DNA of 61,149 nucleotides, the filler included, from Sphacelaria rigidula (Eukaryota), in assembly GCA_964200075.2 (NCBI GenBank). It is 7 parts of 7 records of this genome, joined end to end, with 100 filler letters (N's around TTAATTAATTAA, not from the genome) between each part and the next. Parts side by side here need not be neighbours in the genome. Positions count along the whole stretch, not along the records: positions 17,503 to 26,152 come from CAXNAA020010485.1; positions 26,253 to 34,902 come from CAXNAA020010486.1; positions 35,003 to 43,651 come from CAXNAA020010487.1; 4 more parts are not named here. One strand, written 5' to 3'. The translations under genes and the position numbers were made by a program. The notes under the pieces were generated by a model, which saw only the letters and a program-made list of their open reading frames with translations, searched no databases and was not told the origin of the DNA. Numbering within the stretch: the stretch's first letter is position 1; every line of letters begins with the position of its first letter. Shown here one piece after another: positions 23,701 to 35,469 of the stretch.

Positions 23701-26152
23701 GTATCACCTCTGTTGCAAACGGACACACCTAGGAACAAATCGCCCCGTCTGTTGACTCAGATTGACCTCGGAACATGGACATACAGTGGGGGTCACGGTT
23801 TAAGAGAGGGGTGTGGCAGATCAAGAAAACCTCTCTTAAACACGACCTTCTACTGAATCGGTGTAAGAGAGGTTTTCTCTCAGACCGAACAGTCGCTTTG
23901 AGAGAAAAAGTCTCTTAAACCGAATATGTGGGTTATTGACAGTCTTTGAAGGGCCGCTTGTGCCGTGATGCCGAATCAAAGTGTTGAAGGAGCATTTCAT
24001 ATCGTTTACGCAATATAATTGGGCGCTTCGGGACCCACATCCAGCACGATTCCCCTTTGTTGTGAAGAAATCGATATATTCCGCGTTATCGAAGTTATCC
24101 CCACATCACCTTAACAGAGCGGCCAACCCAACACATGCACGCCACATACACATGTCACATCTCGAAGGCAAAAACAAAACAAGGCAAAAAGACAGAAAAC
24201 CACACATACTGTACTGTATTCTGTACTGCTGTACAAGTGATTCTCTCACCACCAGTGAAACTCAAGTACCTACACTCGTCCTACGCAGCAATAGACATAC
24301 GACATGCGCTCATCGGCAGCTTCTGCAAGGCTACATGAAGGTGCCATGCAAGTTTGTTGTGTTTTCCTTGACCCAAACTCGTTTATCCAGGCCAGCATGG
24401 CCTTACGAAGATGGTACGAAACCTCCGCCATGTTACACATCTCTACTGTAATACTGCTGTACAGACACTGTAGTACCCGCCGCGCAAGGCATCATGCTCG
24501 CAGCCAGTGGAGTTCGAAGCTGTTTGTGTGTTACAACTGCTGGACATACTGAGATGTTGTTTTTCGGGCGACAGTGTGCGTGTGTGTGTTGTCGTCCCCT
24601 CTATTCTGGACGCCGGTCTACACCTTGCGGTATGTGTGGGCGCACCAGCCGGGGTCACACAGGAGGAAGGTCAACACAGGAGTTTTTTTCTTTTTCGTTT
24701 GCGTTTAGTACCCCACCTTCCTTTTGCGGTAATCGCCTGTTAGTTTTTATCGCGAGAGGGATTCAGTAGTCCCTTTTCCTCGTCGACCGTGAAGTCGAAT
24801 TTTGTGTACCCACGGCATAGTCTTTCTCCACTTGGGCATGGTGTGATCAACAATCCCAGATCACTCCGAGATTTGAACCCATGACCCAACCGTCAGAAGG
24901 TTTCGTGGTTACCAACTACAGTACTGTACAATAAAAAAGCGGGGAGGTTGGGGGTGGATCCGGTTTTAAGAGAAAAGAGAGTACGGTTTAAGAGAAACCA
25001 CAGTTCGGTTTAAAAGAGTGGTGTGCCAAGTTTTTTTTAACTCTCTTGAGCGGGCAGTTCTCTTGAACTGAGCTCTCTTAAACCGTGGCCCTCACTGTAC
25101 ATAATACACATGCAATCGACGGCGGGGGAGACCTTGAATTTGGTAGTCGTCCAAGAGAAAATAGCGCACGCGCAGTTGATTCTAACCTTGTAATTGTGAG
25201 AAACGTGCGTCGTTTTCCCTACAACTGGATGACTTGAAGGCTATACAGGAGCAACTCACTTTGAACAATCAACATTGCCTGGCGCGCGACATGCGTATCC
25301 TTGCAAAGATTGTTGATGATGTCCTGCACCACCTTGTCGCTGGCCGCTCGGGCCACGTTTTCCTGAACAGCTGCTTCCGCCGCCGCCGTCGCCGCTGCCC
25401 TGAGCTCAGCCGCCGCTTGCTCGACCTGTTGGCGCACCTTGTTCACATGTCGCTGCTGGCGCTCCGCTTCGGCTTTCACCCTGTCAAACTGCAGCCGCAT
25501 CTCTACCGCGGAATTCTTCAGCAGAGCATTGTCAAGAACCCGTACAGCATCGATGCACGTGTCGGGCATGTAGACTTCGAGCTCGGCTGCATCGTTGGCG
25601 GACGTCATTCCAATAACCAACGTGCCCCTGGCCTCCTGCAGTTGACTCTCAAGATCAGCAATGCGAGCGGTAGTCGATTTGCTCGCTTCCTTCACGGCCA
25701 TCGCCAAACGCGCATCGCAGTACCCCTCTGCTGTTGCTAGCGTTGTCAATTCCTCAGTCTTGCACTGAAGTTGCGACATGAGCGAGACCAGGTAAAACGC
25801 GGATGCCTTCGCCTGCTCAACTACGCGGCACATGCTCGCCCTGTCCATCTCCGGCTCGACACACGCGTTGCAAAGCTCGCCGAATGAAGTTTTGAGTTGC
25901 CGTATGACCTCGAAGTCCGTATCGCGGTCGACCAGCTTTTCCAGCACTCGCACGTATATTCGGATCGTGACACCATGGTCGAGCTGCGCCGTGGCAAGCG
26001 CCGCCTGCAGCTCGCCTACTTTGCCGTCCTTTACATCCGCCTCCGACAGCAAGACCTTGTTCTGTCCGCACAGCTGTTCCAACAGCTGCTTGACTTCCCC
26101 ATCCCGATCGCACGCCCTCTCCTCTTGTCGGGCGTGCGATCGGATCGTGACA
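20753..26152 (-). CDS. Unknown multi-exon protein (coiled-coil region followed by long G/S/A-rich disordered region); model 26152..25260, 23586..23467, (22950..22912), 22643..21299, 20987..20753; partial
   Basis: Long ORFs 25219..26082 (A/E/Q/L-rich, helical) and 21271..22608 are bounded by GT-AG sites with compatible phases (1-1-1-2). No catalytic motif recognised. Confidence 0.55.
22909..23483. repeat. Tandem duplication, ~299-bp period, two copies
   Basis: Copies start at 22909 and 23208 (CACCGTGCCTCCCCCTCCGCTCC); copy 2 lacks a ~20-nt segment. Confidence 0.92.
23784..25097. mobile_element. Tc1/mariner-type non-autonomous element (TA TSD) carrying a nested SINE
   Basis: TA|CAGTGGGGGTCACGGTTTAAGAGAG ... 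CTCTCTTAAACCGTGGCCCTCACTG|TA; repeated TTAAGAGA subterminal motifs. Confidence 0.85.
24574..24917 (-). mobile_element. tRNA-derived SINE copy (head slightly truncated)
   Basis: Minus strand head AGTTGGTAACC..ACCTTCTGACGGTTGGGTCATGGGTTCAAATC (A/B-box-like), shared body, (CA)n tail; homologous to 34043..34384 and 43752..43843. Confidence 0.8.
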
Positions 26153-27292
26153 NNNNNNNNNNNNNNNNNNNNNNNNNNNNNNNNNNNNNNNNNNNNTTAA
26201 TTAATTAANNNNNNNNNNNNNNNNNNNNNNNNNNNNNNNNNNNNNNNNNNNNGTCTCATGGGTGTCTCACCATTTACACACTACGTAGTACAATCATCCC
26301 CGTTGTGTGGAGTTGAGGTTCTCCCACGCCGCACAACGCGATCTAGCTCGACTACCATCACGGTTACCGCAATAAAGCGAAAACGCATGCGCGCAAAAAA
26401 ACGGTTATCTAGTTGCCTAGCTTACGCAGTGAGTGGAGTGTTTTTACAGCGTCATCGCCAACCGACGCCGACCCGATCGGGGGGTCGCCCCTGCAAAGCA
26501 GGGGCGGAACACGCCGGTTTCTCGCAGGACCAGGCTAATGGGAGGCGGAGCGGGAACACTTTCAATAATGCCAACCTCCTCCGAACGCGAGTGCTGATAA
26601 AAAATGGCAACACCGATTGACAGTACCCGCGGTTCCTGCTAGGTGCTCTTGGCCACATACGTTCCTCATCTCAAGTATAATTGAAGTATACACACCCCAC
26701 CCTGTACGACACACGGAGCCAAGTATATGATATCAAGACAAGTGAAACATGAAGGGGTTATCATGACACTTGCGAACGGCAGTTACTTTGTCTTTACATG
26801 TCATTTTCCAGGATTTTACGTAAAGAGTCTCTCCATTTCCGACGAAATCCTTCAAGTATCATCAAGAAGCATGCACTTCGATTTTCAGCCAGAAGGATCG
26901 TTTGCCGTCAGCGGCGCACAATCGCGCCGAGAAACCTCTCTTCTCATAGACGAATCCACAAAAATCGTGACCCCTCCTTGAATTCGCTAGAGCATCATCT
27001 CGAGCCAAACACTTGCAAGGGTAAGGGCATGTCCCGGCCGTCATCTTAGAAGCACAAGTAAGGAACATTTATCACGATCACTCCTCTTCTTCAGGCCGGT
27101 AGAGCCCATCTATGAAACCAACCACTTTCGCAAGGCCTTGTCACTGACAATTGAACCCATCAGTATCATTATCACGGTTACACTTTCAAGCTGGTAAAAT
27201 ATAATAGCATTTCTTGCTCGAAACCGCAAGGCATTTATCCCTGATGACGGGTGTCGAGTGTTATCGTTAGGCTTACTCAGCGCGGGTACATG

Positions 27293-27760
27293 CAAGACTA
27301 TAAAGTTGTGTTACCCTCGGTAGGTAATGAAATTCCTCACAGAACTTTCAGAACTGTCGGGTACAGTATGGACGCGTGTACAGACCACCGTGTACCCTCA
27401 CCCGGGTATGTTTAAAAGGGTCTACCCCTGGGCCGGGTACGGATGTGGGAGGCTTACAGGACTTGCAGAACTCTAGGGCAATGGTATGAGAGGCTTACAG
27501 AACTCATAGAACTATTGGGTGCCGATAATACCGGGTAAATATACCACACCTTGGACAATATCTGGTCAATAGTTACAATAGACAAGAACGTACTGCGTGT
27601 AGTATAGGCCTATTGCGACAATTGTCGGCCGGCAATATTTGCAATAGGCCTATACTTTATGCAGTACACTTTTCGTCTATTGCATCTATTGACCATATAT
27701 TGTTCAGGGTGTGAAATATACCAGGAATACAAAAATTGTATCCTATAGAACATAGCCTTG
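27293..27760. mobile_element. MITE family with CAAG..CTTG ends and internal ACAGAAC..GGGTAC repeats
   Basis: Same architecture as 48886..49268 and 49392..49737. Confidence 0.7.
27545..27713. mobile_element. Palindromic MITE with perfect 8-bp TSD (hAT/P-type); family members at 5250..5368 and an end at 31982
   Basis: AAATATAC|CACACCTTGGACAATAT..ATATTGTTCAGGGTGTG|AAATATAC. Confidence 0.85.
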
Positions 27761-28476
27761 CAATGGGATTACCTCGATTCCATATCCGCAAATTCGTTTT
27801 ATTACAACGCTACTTGCTTAAGGTCGGAGCGCACGTCCGTACTCGATGGGACCCGTCGAAAGAACAGGGCGGGCGGATAGGGAGATTATGCGAATCCTTA
27901 TAGTACGTCCAGGTATAGTGCTCTGGTCCTGCAGCCACTCCACTTGTTGCAAGATTGACTGTGGGTCACATCTGTATACTGCCTGCACTCAGACAAGATA
28001 TTGACTTAGCATTCCAGGCCGGCGTTCCGCACGCATGCTAGTCAGCGCGTCTGCCTACCAAGTCCTTAAGGCATATTAAGTGACGATCACTCGGACGTCT
28101 GGTATCACCAGCAAAAGGGATTCGAACTGCTGACCCGTTCCGGCTTTGCTCCGCATGCGCCACCTAAAAAGAGCAATGGGTCACATGTAAATTCACCTTA
28201 ATATAATCGGTTGAACAAAAATAAAGTTCCCCGGCCCCCACCAAACACATTTCACCTCAATTGGGAATATTTGGCTTTTCCATATTCAACGTTTTCGACA
28301 CGGACAAAGGACAGCGTTCCACCAAACATCCTATTGGGGAGAGGGAGGGGGCTAGGCTTTGAATGGACGTGAGGAACTCCAGTTGCTTCTGTGTTCCGTA
28401 TTGTTCCTTCTAGTGGTGGTCAAGATTGAAATTAAAAAAAAAGTATATGGATGGTTCGACACCATGATGTCTGCAC

Positions 28477-28591
28477 CTGCAATAGCTGCCAGCACGGACG
28501 TATACCCCGGTAGTTCTTCGCATGCCTTCAAAAGCTCCTCCGCTGGTTTTCGCACGGTGTCTAAGGGACTTTGCGTCGAACTCTCGATCGC
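28477..28591 (-). CDS. Importin-beta family N-terminal (IBN_N) exon, importin-11-like: AIESSTQSPLDTVRKPAEELLKACEELPGYTSVLAAIA
   Basis: ttcag| acceptor, g|gtgcag donor. The peptide resembles the IBN_N start (..KPAEEQLKxWExxPGFxSVL). Flanking exons not located. Confidence 0.6.
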
Positions 28592-31112
28592 CTGAAGAGC
28601 GCAGTGGAGCACAAGGACGCGAAAAGAGGAATTATTGATTCAAGAAAGCCATATTTTGTACAAAAAGCGGGAATGCCTTGACAGCGCAGTTCTTTACGAT
28701 GAGGGGTTCCATTACAGTGCGTTCAAAATCATTTTGTCACACATGCCGATCCGCTATACTAATAACAAGTAATTCGAACGATACCAAAACTAGTGCGGGC
28801 GAGATCCCAGCATATTGCGGTCAAAAACACCCGTCACACGTCCGACCCGCTACACTAGTATCAAGTAATCGAACTATACCAAAAGTAGTGCGGGCGGGGT
28901 CCCAGAATAGTGTGGTCAAAAGCACTTGTCACATGTTCAATCCGCGATATTGATTGGTTGCCCGATTGATTGTCGCACTTTAAGTGACCCCCCAGGTAGT
29001 CATGATCCAGCCGCGGTCACATGATAGACGTACCCAAGACAAAACGAAACTGAAACACTCGGTGAAGAAAATGAGGAAACAGAAATGGTAAACAGAACAT
29101 ATACTAATATCAAGTAGATGCACCGTGCCAGAACTAGTGCGGGCGGGGTCCCAGCATAGTGCTGGTCATGCCGGGCTGGCGACCCACCACCACGCTATGC
29201 TGGGAACCCCTCAACCCCCACCCCCCACCCCACTGTAGACACATCTGTTGTTCGTGCGGGCACTGGTATGTCGACCTTTGAAGACCTAGCAATTCCGGGA
29301 GCTTTACTAGCGTGCGCAGAACGCTCTTTTGCGGTTACAACTTGAGCTCTTCCAAAGCGCACTTCACAGGTGACCAACTATTATAAGGAAAATCGATTGA
29401 CCCCGGTTTCACAATCGCACACCCTTGTATACTGCACTGTATTGTAGGGAGGGGGGCGGGAAGGGGGTGTACTCATGATCTTGCATGCCGTAGTAATAAG
29501 ACCATTGGCCTGGTGTCTCTGCAAAGCCGGGACGGAGAACGCTGGGTTCTCGCCGGACTAGCTTAGGTATCAATCGCCAACCGAGCAGCGCTGTGATGAG
29601 TTCCGCGTAAACTCTACCGTGATGACTGACACTGGAAACCACGTAAACTCTACCGCTTTTCACAGAATCCCAAGTTGTTCAAACGGTCCAACATGGCCTT
29701 GACGAACGCTTCCCGAGAGGAATCACCGACAACCATTATTTCTCTTCGAGCGCAGACTCTGGGCTGAGAAAAGGCAACTCCATTTCTTACATTTCCGCTC
29801 ATGTTTTCAATTTTACATGGGCAATGGTGTAGCGGTCAAAGCTCAGCTATCCGTCTGTGCTGCCCGTGTTGTTCCCTTTCCATAATATGGAGGCATTTAT
29901 ATCGGAGACGTGGTGGCATTTGTACATTGCAGTCGATTGAGTCATGTTCCGCAGTCTCAATTATCTTGTGCTCAGAGGAGAGGTCATCGGGGGAAGAGGA
30001 GTTGTCACTGTCAGCACGGGCAGCTGGCTTCACGGGCGACCGGACCCCCCGCGGTGGAGAAAGCCGCATCACGCACGAGATCTGTCCAAGCACACATCGC
30101 AAGCGATTGCTGCTGAAAAGAGGTCCGGGCCCAGGAGTACAGGGCGAAGTTGGTGCAGAGTTTTCTACATGCCGGCCTCACCCTGTGCAAACTGGTCTTG
30201 AATCATTTACAATATACTGCTTGGCGTCTGTGTGCGATCCTGCGTACCAACCGCAGCAGTGACGCCTTGGGCAGTACTATCTGCTCACTTCACAGCGGCA
30301 GGGTGCAGGGTGATTAGCACACCGCAGCACGTCACATCCTTAGCTTCTCCCTGTGCTGTTTTTTTAATTCCCCGTTGTCTTATGCAGTTCGCCACAACAG
30401 GAACGCCGACGCTTGTGCTGCGGGCCACGTGCAAGTGGGATACCACCCCTCGCTACGCCACATTTTGTACAGCTGTCCGTGTTGCAGCTAAGCGTGCGTT
30501 TGCCCTAGGTGGCGCACGCAGGAGCAAAATACCGGCTTCGCCGCTATGATTGCTGCCTGTATCTCGGGCGAAGCTGTGTGGTAACACAGCTGCTAAGGCG
30601 CGAATCACAGAGGCTGTGGCATTTCACACCGTGGAGATTTCTACATACTGACCATCTAAAAGTGAACTGCGTGGAGCAGGGTTAGAAAAACTCCGCGGGC
30701 TTCGCCTGCGCTGGCGCAGTTGGGAGCCGAAGGCGACATGCGGCCCCCGGAGGTGCCCCGCGGAGCGCATTTTTTGGGTTTTCCTTTCAAAAAGATGCCT
30801 AGATTTTGTCAAAATGGGGTCATTTCGACGGTGTAAGCCTCGCGGCGAAAAAAAAACACCCCCCGAAAAAAAATTCGCCTCCGGCGAAAAAAGTGCGTCC
30901 CAAAGTTTTTCCTGGCATGGAGTACCGACTATTGCACCTTTTGCAGTTGTTGTTATTGCTGTTGCTGTCGTTGTCGCTGCTTCCTTTCTTCTTTCCATTC
31001 CGTGGCTGTTGCTTCTGTCGTCTCTGTTTCTTTCCTTTTTTTCCCCACGTTCTGTTTTTTTTTGCTGCTCCAGACCACGGGCTGGATTGTTGCAATCAGC
31101 TAATGTGAGATG

Positions 31113-31178
31113 ATCAATCAATCAATCAATCAATCAATCAACCAACCAATCAACCAACTAACCAACCAACCAATCAAT
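31113..31178. repeat. Compound (ATCA)n/(ACCA)n microsatellite
   Basis: Visible directly. Confidence 0.9.
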
Positions 31179-32892
31179 CGAAAGGCAATAGATTCCATAC
31201 TGTGCGCAGTAAATTTTTTGCGTTGCATACAAAGCCTTTGTCCAGAGTGTGTCACATTTCCACATATAAATGCCACGAGATGAGCGCGTGAAATAATCCG
31301 CAACACATGGAGCGATGTCGAAGTGGGGTAATCACCGAAATATTCACGTGAAAACCCTCTGTTGCTGTACTCTACGATCATACTTCTGAAAGAAAACGAC
31401 CACAACCACCTTGCTGGCTACCAGACTGTCAGCACGCCGGGCCTGGAAGTTGTGGGACTGTCTGTAAGGGAACGTTGCCCCCTTGCCAAGTGCCGGCAAG
31501 GGTCCGTCGCAGAACCCATTGGTCGCGCGACAGGAACTTCACCTCGACCTGTCGAGCGACTTGGAGCGGGAGCGTTCAGCCCCCAACCCTCACATATACA
31601 ATATAACCTAAACGATGCTTCTTTGCTGGGTTTTTCGAAGCGTTCATCCATAACTGGGCAAAGATTTGTGATGAGGCCGGCAGGATTCGTTGCTGCCCGC
31701 GTGCCTGGCTGATACCGTATCCACGATAATCATCATCAGACAGCAATTGTTAGAAAAAGAGAGAGCTCTGGCATTACTGGTGTCCACCGTTTCAATGCTG
31801 ACCAGGCCCTCAGCGTCTTGCGCGGCTGCCGTTGTGACTATGACACCTTGTTGTAGTACCAATCTACATATCCCCCAAGTTTCGGCGTCATCACAAGCGT
31901 GGTGCGGATTATCTTGACGCCCAACCTTCCAAGACACCGCCTCCATATTATGCATAAGGAACAATAATGCGGTCTGTAGTGCACACCCTGGACAATAGAC
32001 GGCATCTATCGCAACAGCAATAGAATCTGCTGCAGTAGATGCCAATTTTGTCATCCGTAATGGCTATCGATCGACAATTTTCCCTTTCTATTGTCATCAG
32101 CAATGTCTCTGGGTAGACCCATTTCCCACACTAATGCCTGGGCAGCAGTCTGTTGTGGCCCTGCACCTAAAACTATTACCGCCGACCGAATATACCGAAC
32201 GATAGGTTTTCAAATATTTTGATGACGGCGATGGATATTGATCGAATGCGTGCAAGATATATTGAAGGTGGCTATGAATATCGATAGATACATACGAGAA
32301 TATTTTCTGGTATACAATGCCTACCGATAGACATTCTCTGTCGTCTACTACCGCGCCTACATTGCAGCATACTATGTATACATCATAGTATACTCTGTTG
32401 AAGTACGGTAGAGAAACCGCCGGTGAACATGCAGTGGGTATATGATAATACAACTTGTGAAAATATGACGTCACGATTCTGCGAATTTGGAACGGTTGTA
32501 TATTGTAGGGATCCGCAATATGCGTGAACAAAATTCATGAGCTTTGTTGTTGGTGTTGGTGTGATGTTGGTCCTCAGGGTTGTCCCTCTGATGAACGTGA
32601 GCGCTTACAGTACTTTTTGCGTGGGTGAAATGTGCTTATACCCCGGACAACAAACAGACTGACATAGAACATTGCGACTGCAATAGCTTCGAAAAGTTGA
32701 CTGTAAATTTCATTGTCAATCATAATCGACTGGCATCACTGTCTATCGATAGCTATTGTAGGCGACAATAGATTCGGGACAACGGACAGAATGTATCATT
32801 GCCGTGACAATGGATTGGCCAAGTTGTCTATCGATATGTTTTTCATTGTAGTAGGCTCTGAATGTCGGTCACCAATACATATTAGAGAGTTT

Positions 32893-32923
<31 letters not shown>

Positions 32924-34042
32924 CGTATACGTTTTTTTTTTTCTTTATAAGTTTTAACATTGACCAACATTCTCATTTAGNNNNNNNNNNGGTGTGGGCG
33001 GGCGGGTGGTCGTTGAGTGCGCGCGCGTCCTCATTTGTTGCTTACCTTAGTCATTTGACCATTGACCACGCATCCCTTTCGAGACGGAGCAGGGAAACAG
33101 GCAAGAAAAACTCAAGGATAATGAACGAAGTTGGGATTCAAGACTAGTATATGACGAGTCCCCAATTGTAGCTAAACCCCGGAAACGAAACCCTGAGGAG
33201 AGACGGCGCCGGCAACTCAGGATGAATTGTAAATCACCCTAGAGCGTTGATGCCCAGCTTGGGGCCAGGAAACGGAACTAGACACCCCACTCCACAACGA
33301 CCAAGGTTGGAGAACACAGCCATAGGACAAACCTCGTGCGTGGAGCGATAGCGGACGCAGTGGACGTCCGCGACAGCGCTGGTCGCTCGTTCACGAGGGT
33401 CACTCAAGACTACGAGGAAGAGTTGGAGGTGAACGGGGAGCTCAGACACCAGTCGACCTGGCTGAAGCAGAGGCAGAAGGGCGGAAGTCGACCACTCATG
33501 CAGCGGCTGAGGGACATCTACCAAATGGCCACCTAACGTCAAGCTTGCGTTAGCTCGCGTCGGTACACCACCGCTGGGTGGCCATTGTGTCGATGTCCTC
33601 GTAGCAGCTGTATGAGTGGCCTACTTCCGCCCTTCCGCCTCATCTTCAGCCAGTTCGACAGGTGTCTCGGCTCCCCCGTCCACCTCCAGGCAGCTAGGAT
33701 GACTGCGTAGTGTATGTTGCTGAGGATGAACGTACTTGCTCAACGTATGCTCATGCACACACCCAGGCATGTGTACACTTGTACTGCAGACAGTACAGTT
33801 ATCACAACTTCTACAAGTGCTGTAACGCACACCGACAGGTACAGGACTTTTGAACGACTAGCGGGCGCCGAGGTACACTGCCTGTGTGCCCAACGCTGTG
33901 TACTGTGCCGGGTTCGTACCCGGAGGCTGTGCTGGCGAAGCTGTTATCGCGTATTCAGCGGTACGGGGACAGCACAGACAACTAACTGTATACACACTCT
34001 TCCGCGCTATACGGGCAACACCACATGGGCAGCCGCAGAGGA

Positions 34043-34384
34043 TGCGTGTGTGTGTCTTGTCACCCCATCTATTCTGGACGCCAGTCTACACCTTCAGGTA
34101 AACGTAGGCGCATCAGCCGCGGTCACACGGGAGGACGGCCCATACAGCAGCACTTTCTCTTTTATTTTGTTTTATAACAATACTACACCTTCCTTCTGAA
34201 GTGCTTGCCTTACTAACTCTCGTCGACAGTTATGTCGAATTTTGTGTACCCACAAAATAGTCGCTATCTACCGTCGGGCATTGTGTGAGAAAAAATCCCA
34301 AATCATGTGCCTGCAACAACATTCGAACCCACGACCCAACCGTCAACAGGTTTCGAGGTTACCAACTGAGCCATCGGGGCGACC
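34043..34384 (-). mobile_element. tRNA-derived SINE copy, near full length
   Basis: Minus strand GGTCGCCCCGATGGCTCAGTTGG (A box) ... GGGTTCGAAT (B box), body, (CA)n tail. Confidence 0.8.
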
Positions 34385-34812
34385 GGCTTAGAGTACAAGC
34401 GCAGAACAGCAGCACGGGGCGACTTGTACCTCTTCAACTCACGACAGCGATCACGTGGCGTTCGGAACAGAAAATACCAATCAACCCTGAAAAGATGGCC
34501 ACGGTCCACACCTGCCTGGTAAAACAACAAGCCTGGGGTTGAAGCGTAAACATTCCATCCGTTTTTTGCTCATCCCTGATTTCAGATTTTGATATTTCCC
34601 TCAACTCTTTACTGTTGGTCACAATAGGATCTGAATGGCGCCCACCAATGCCTACAAGTATTGCTGGTCACATTAGAATCTTAATCGCAGTCATTAATGT
34701 CTATCGCTGGTCACCATGCAATCTGAACGGCGGCCACCACTATCTATTGCTGGCCACAACGGGAGCTGAATGGTGTCGATCACTATCAATAGTTAGGTAT
34801 GCACATGTTTCC

Positions 34813-34902
34813 AAGGGTCGGACAAATAATGAGTCGTCTGGAAATTACTTGGTTTTAGTACAATTGATTCGAATCGTAGGAATCAATCCCTAGGCTTTGT
34901 TT
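34813..34902. repeat. Interspersed repeat end, also at ~44929..45020
   Basis: AAGGGTCGGACAAA..AATTGATTCGAATCGTA..GGCTTTGTTT shared. Confidence 0.75.
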
Positions 34903-35469
34903 NNNNNNNNNNNNNNNNNNNNNNNNNNNNNNNNNNNNNNNNNNNNTTAATTAATTAANNNNNNNNNNNNNNNNNNNNNNNNNNNNNNNNNNNNNNNNNN
35001 NNAGGACGCGCCTCTGTGCGCTGAAACACATGTCGTTGAAAAATAGGGCAATGTTCCCGTCACCGCTACTACTGTTCTCTGTCACATACATGCCAGCAAG
35101 GACGGCGCTGCGGCAATTACAGATATATCCAATTTGAACTTAGGGGGTGTTATTCATCGTTAGTTTTCGCCGACCTCCCCCAGCCGGGCGCCCGAGCAGA
35201 AGGGCCTGCCACACGCCAGTTGAGGGGGGTGTATGAGAGATCAAACACTTGTAGAGATCTTTTTGACATGCGGAGAGGAAAAATATTCCTATGGTGGTGA
35301 CCTGACTGTTGCTAGCGTGGCGCATAGGCAATGTGCAGCACACGCTGGTCGCGTGGACAGCTCCGCACAGTACGAATAGCTTCCCACAAGTAATAACTAT
35401 TCCGATGTCAGGAGGTCATAGATTATCACGACTTGGGAGGAGAGACGAGAGTGCTCTACGATAAACCTT

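Noticed and set aside
33336-33536. Coding-like ORF RGAIADAVDVRDS...
   Set aside because: No splice context or recognisable motif
34320-34384. tRNA gene
   Set aside because: No complete acceptor stem, and it is fused to a repeated body and (CA)n tail, so it is a SINE head
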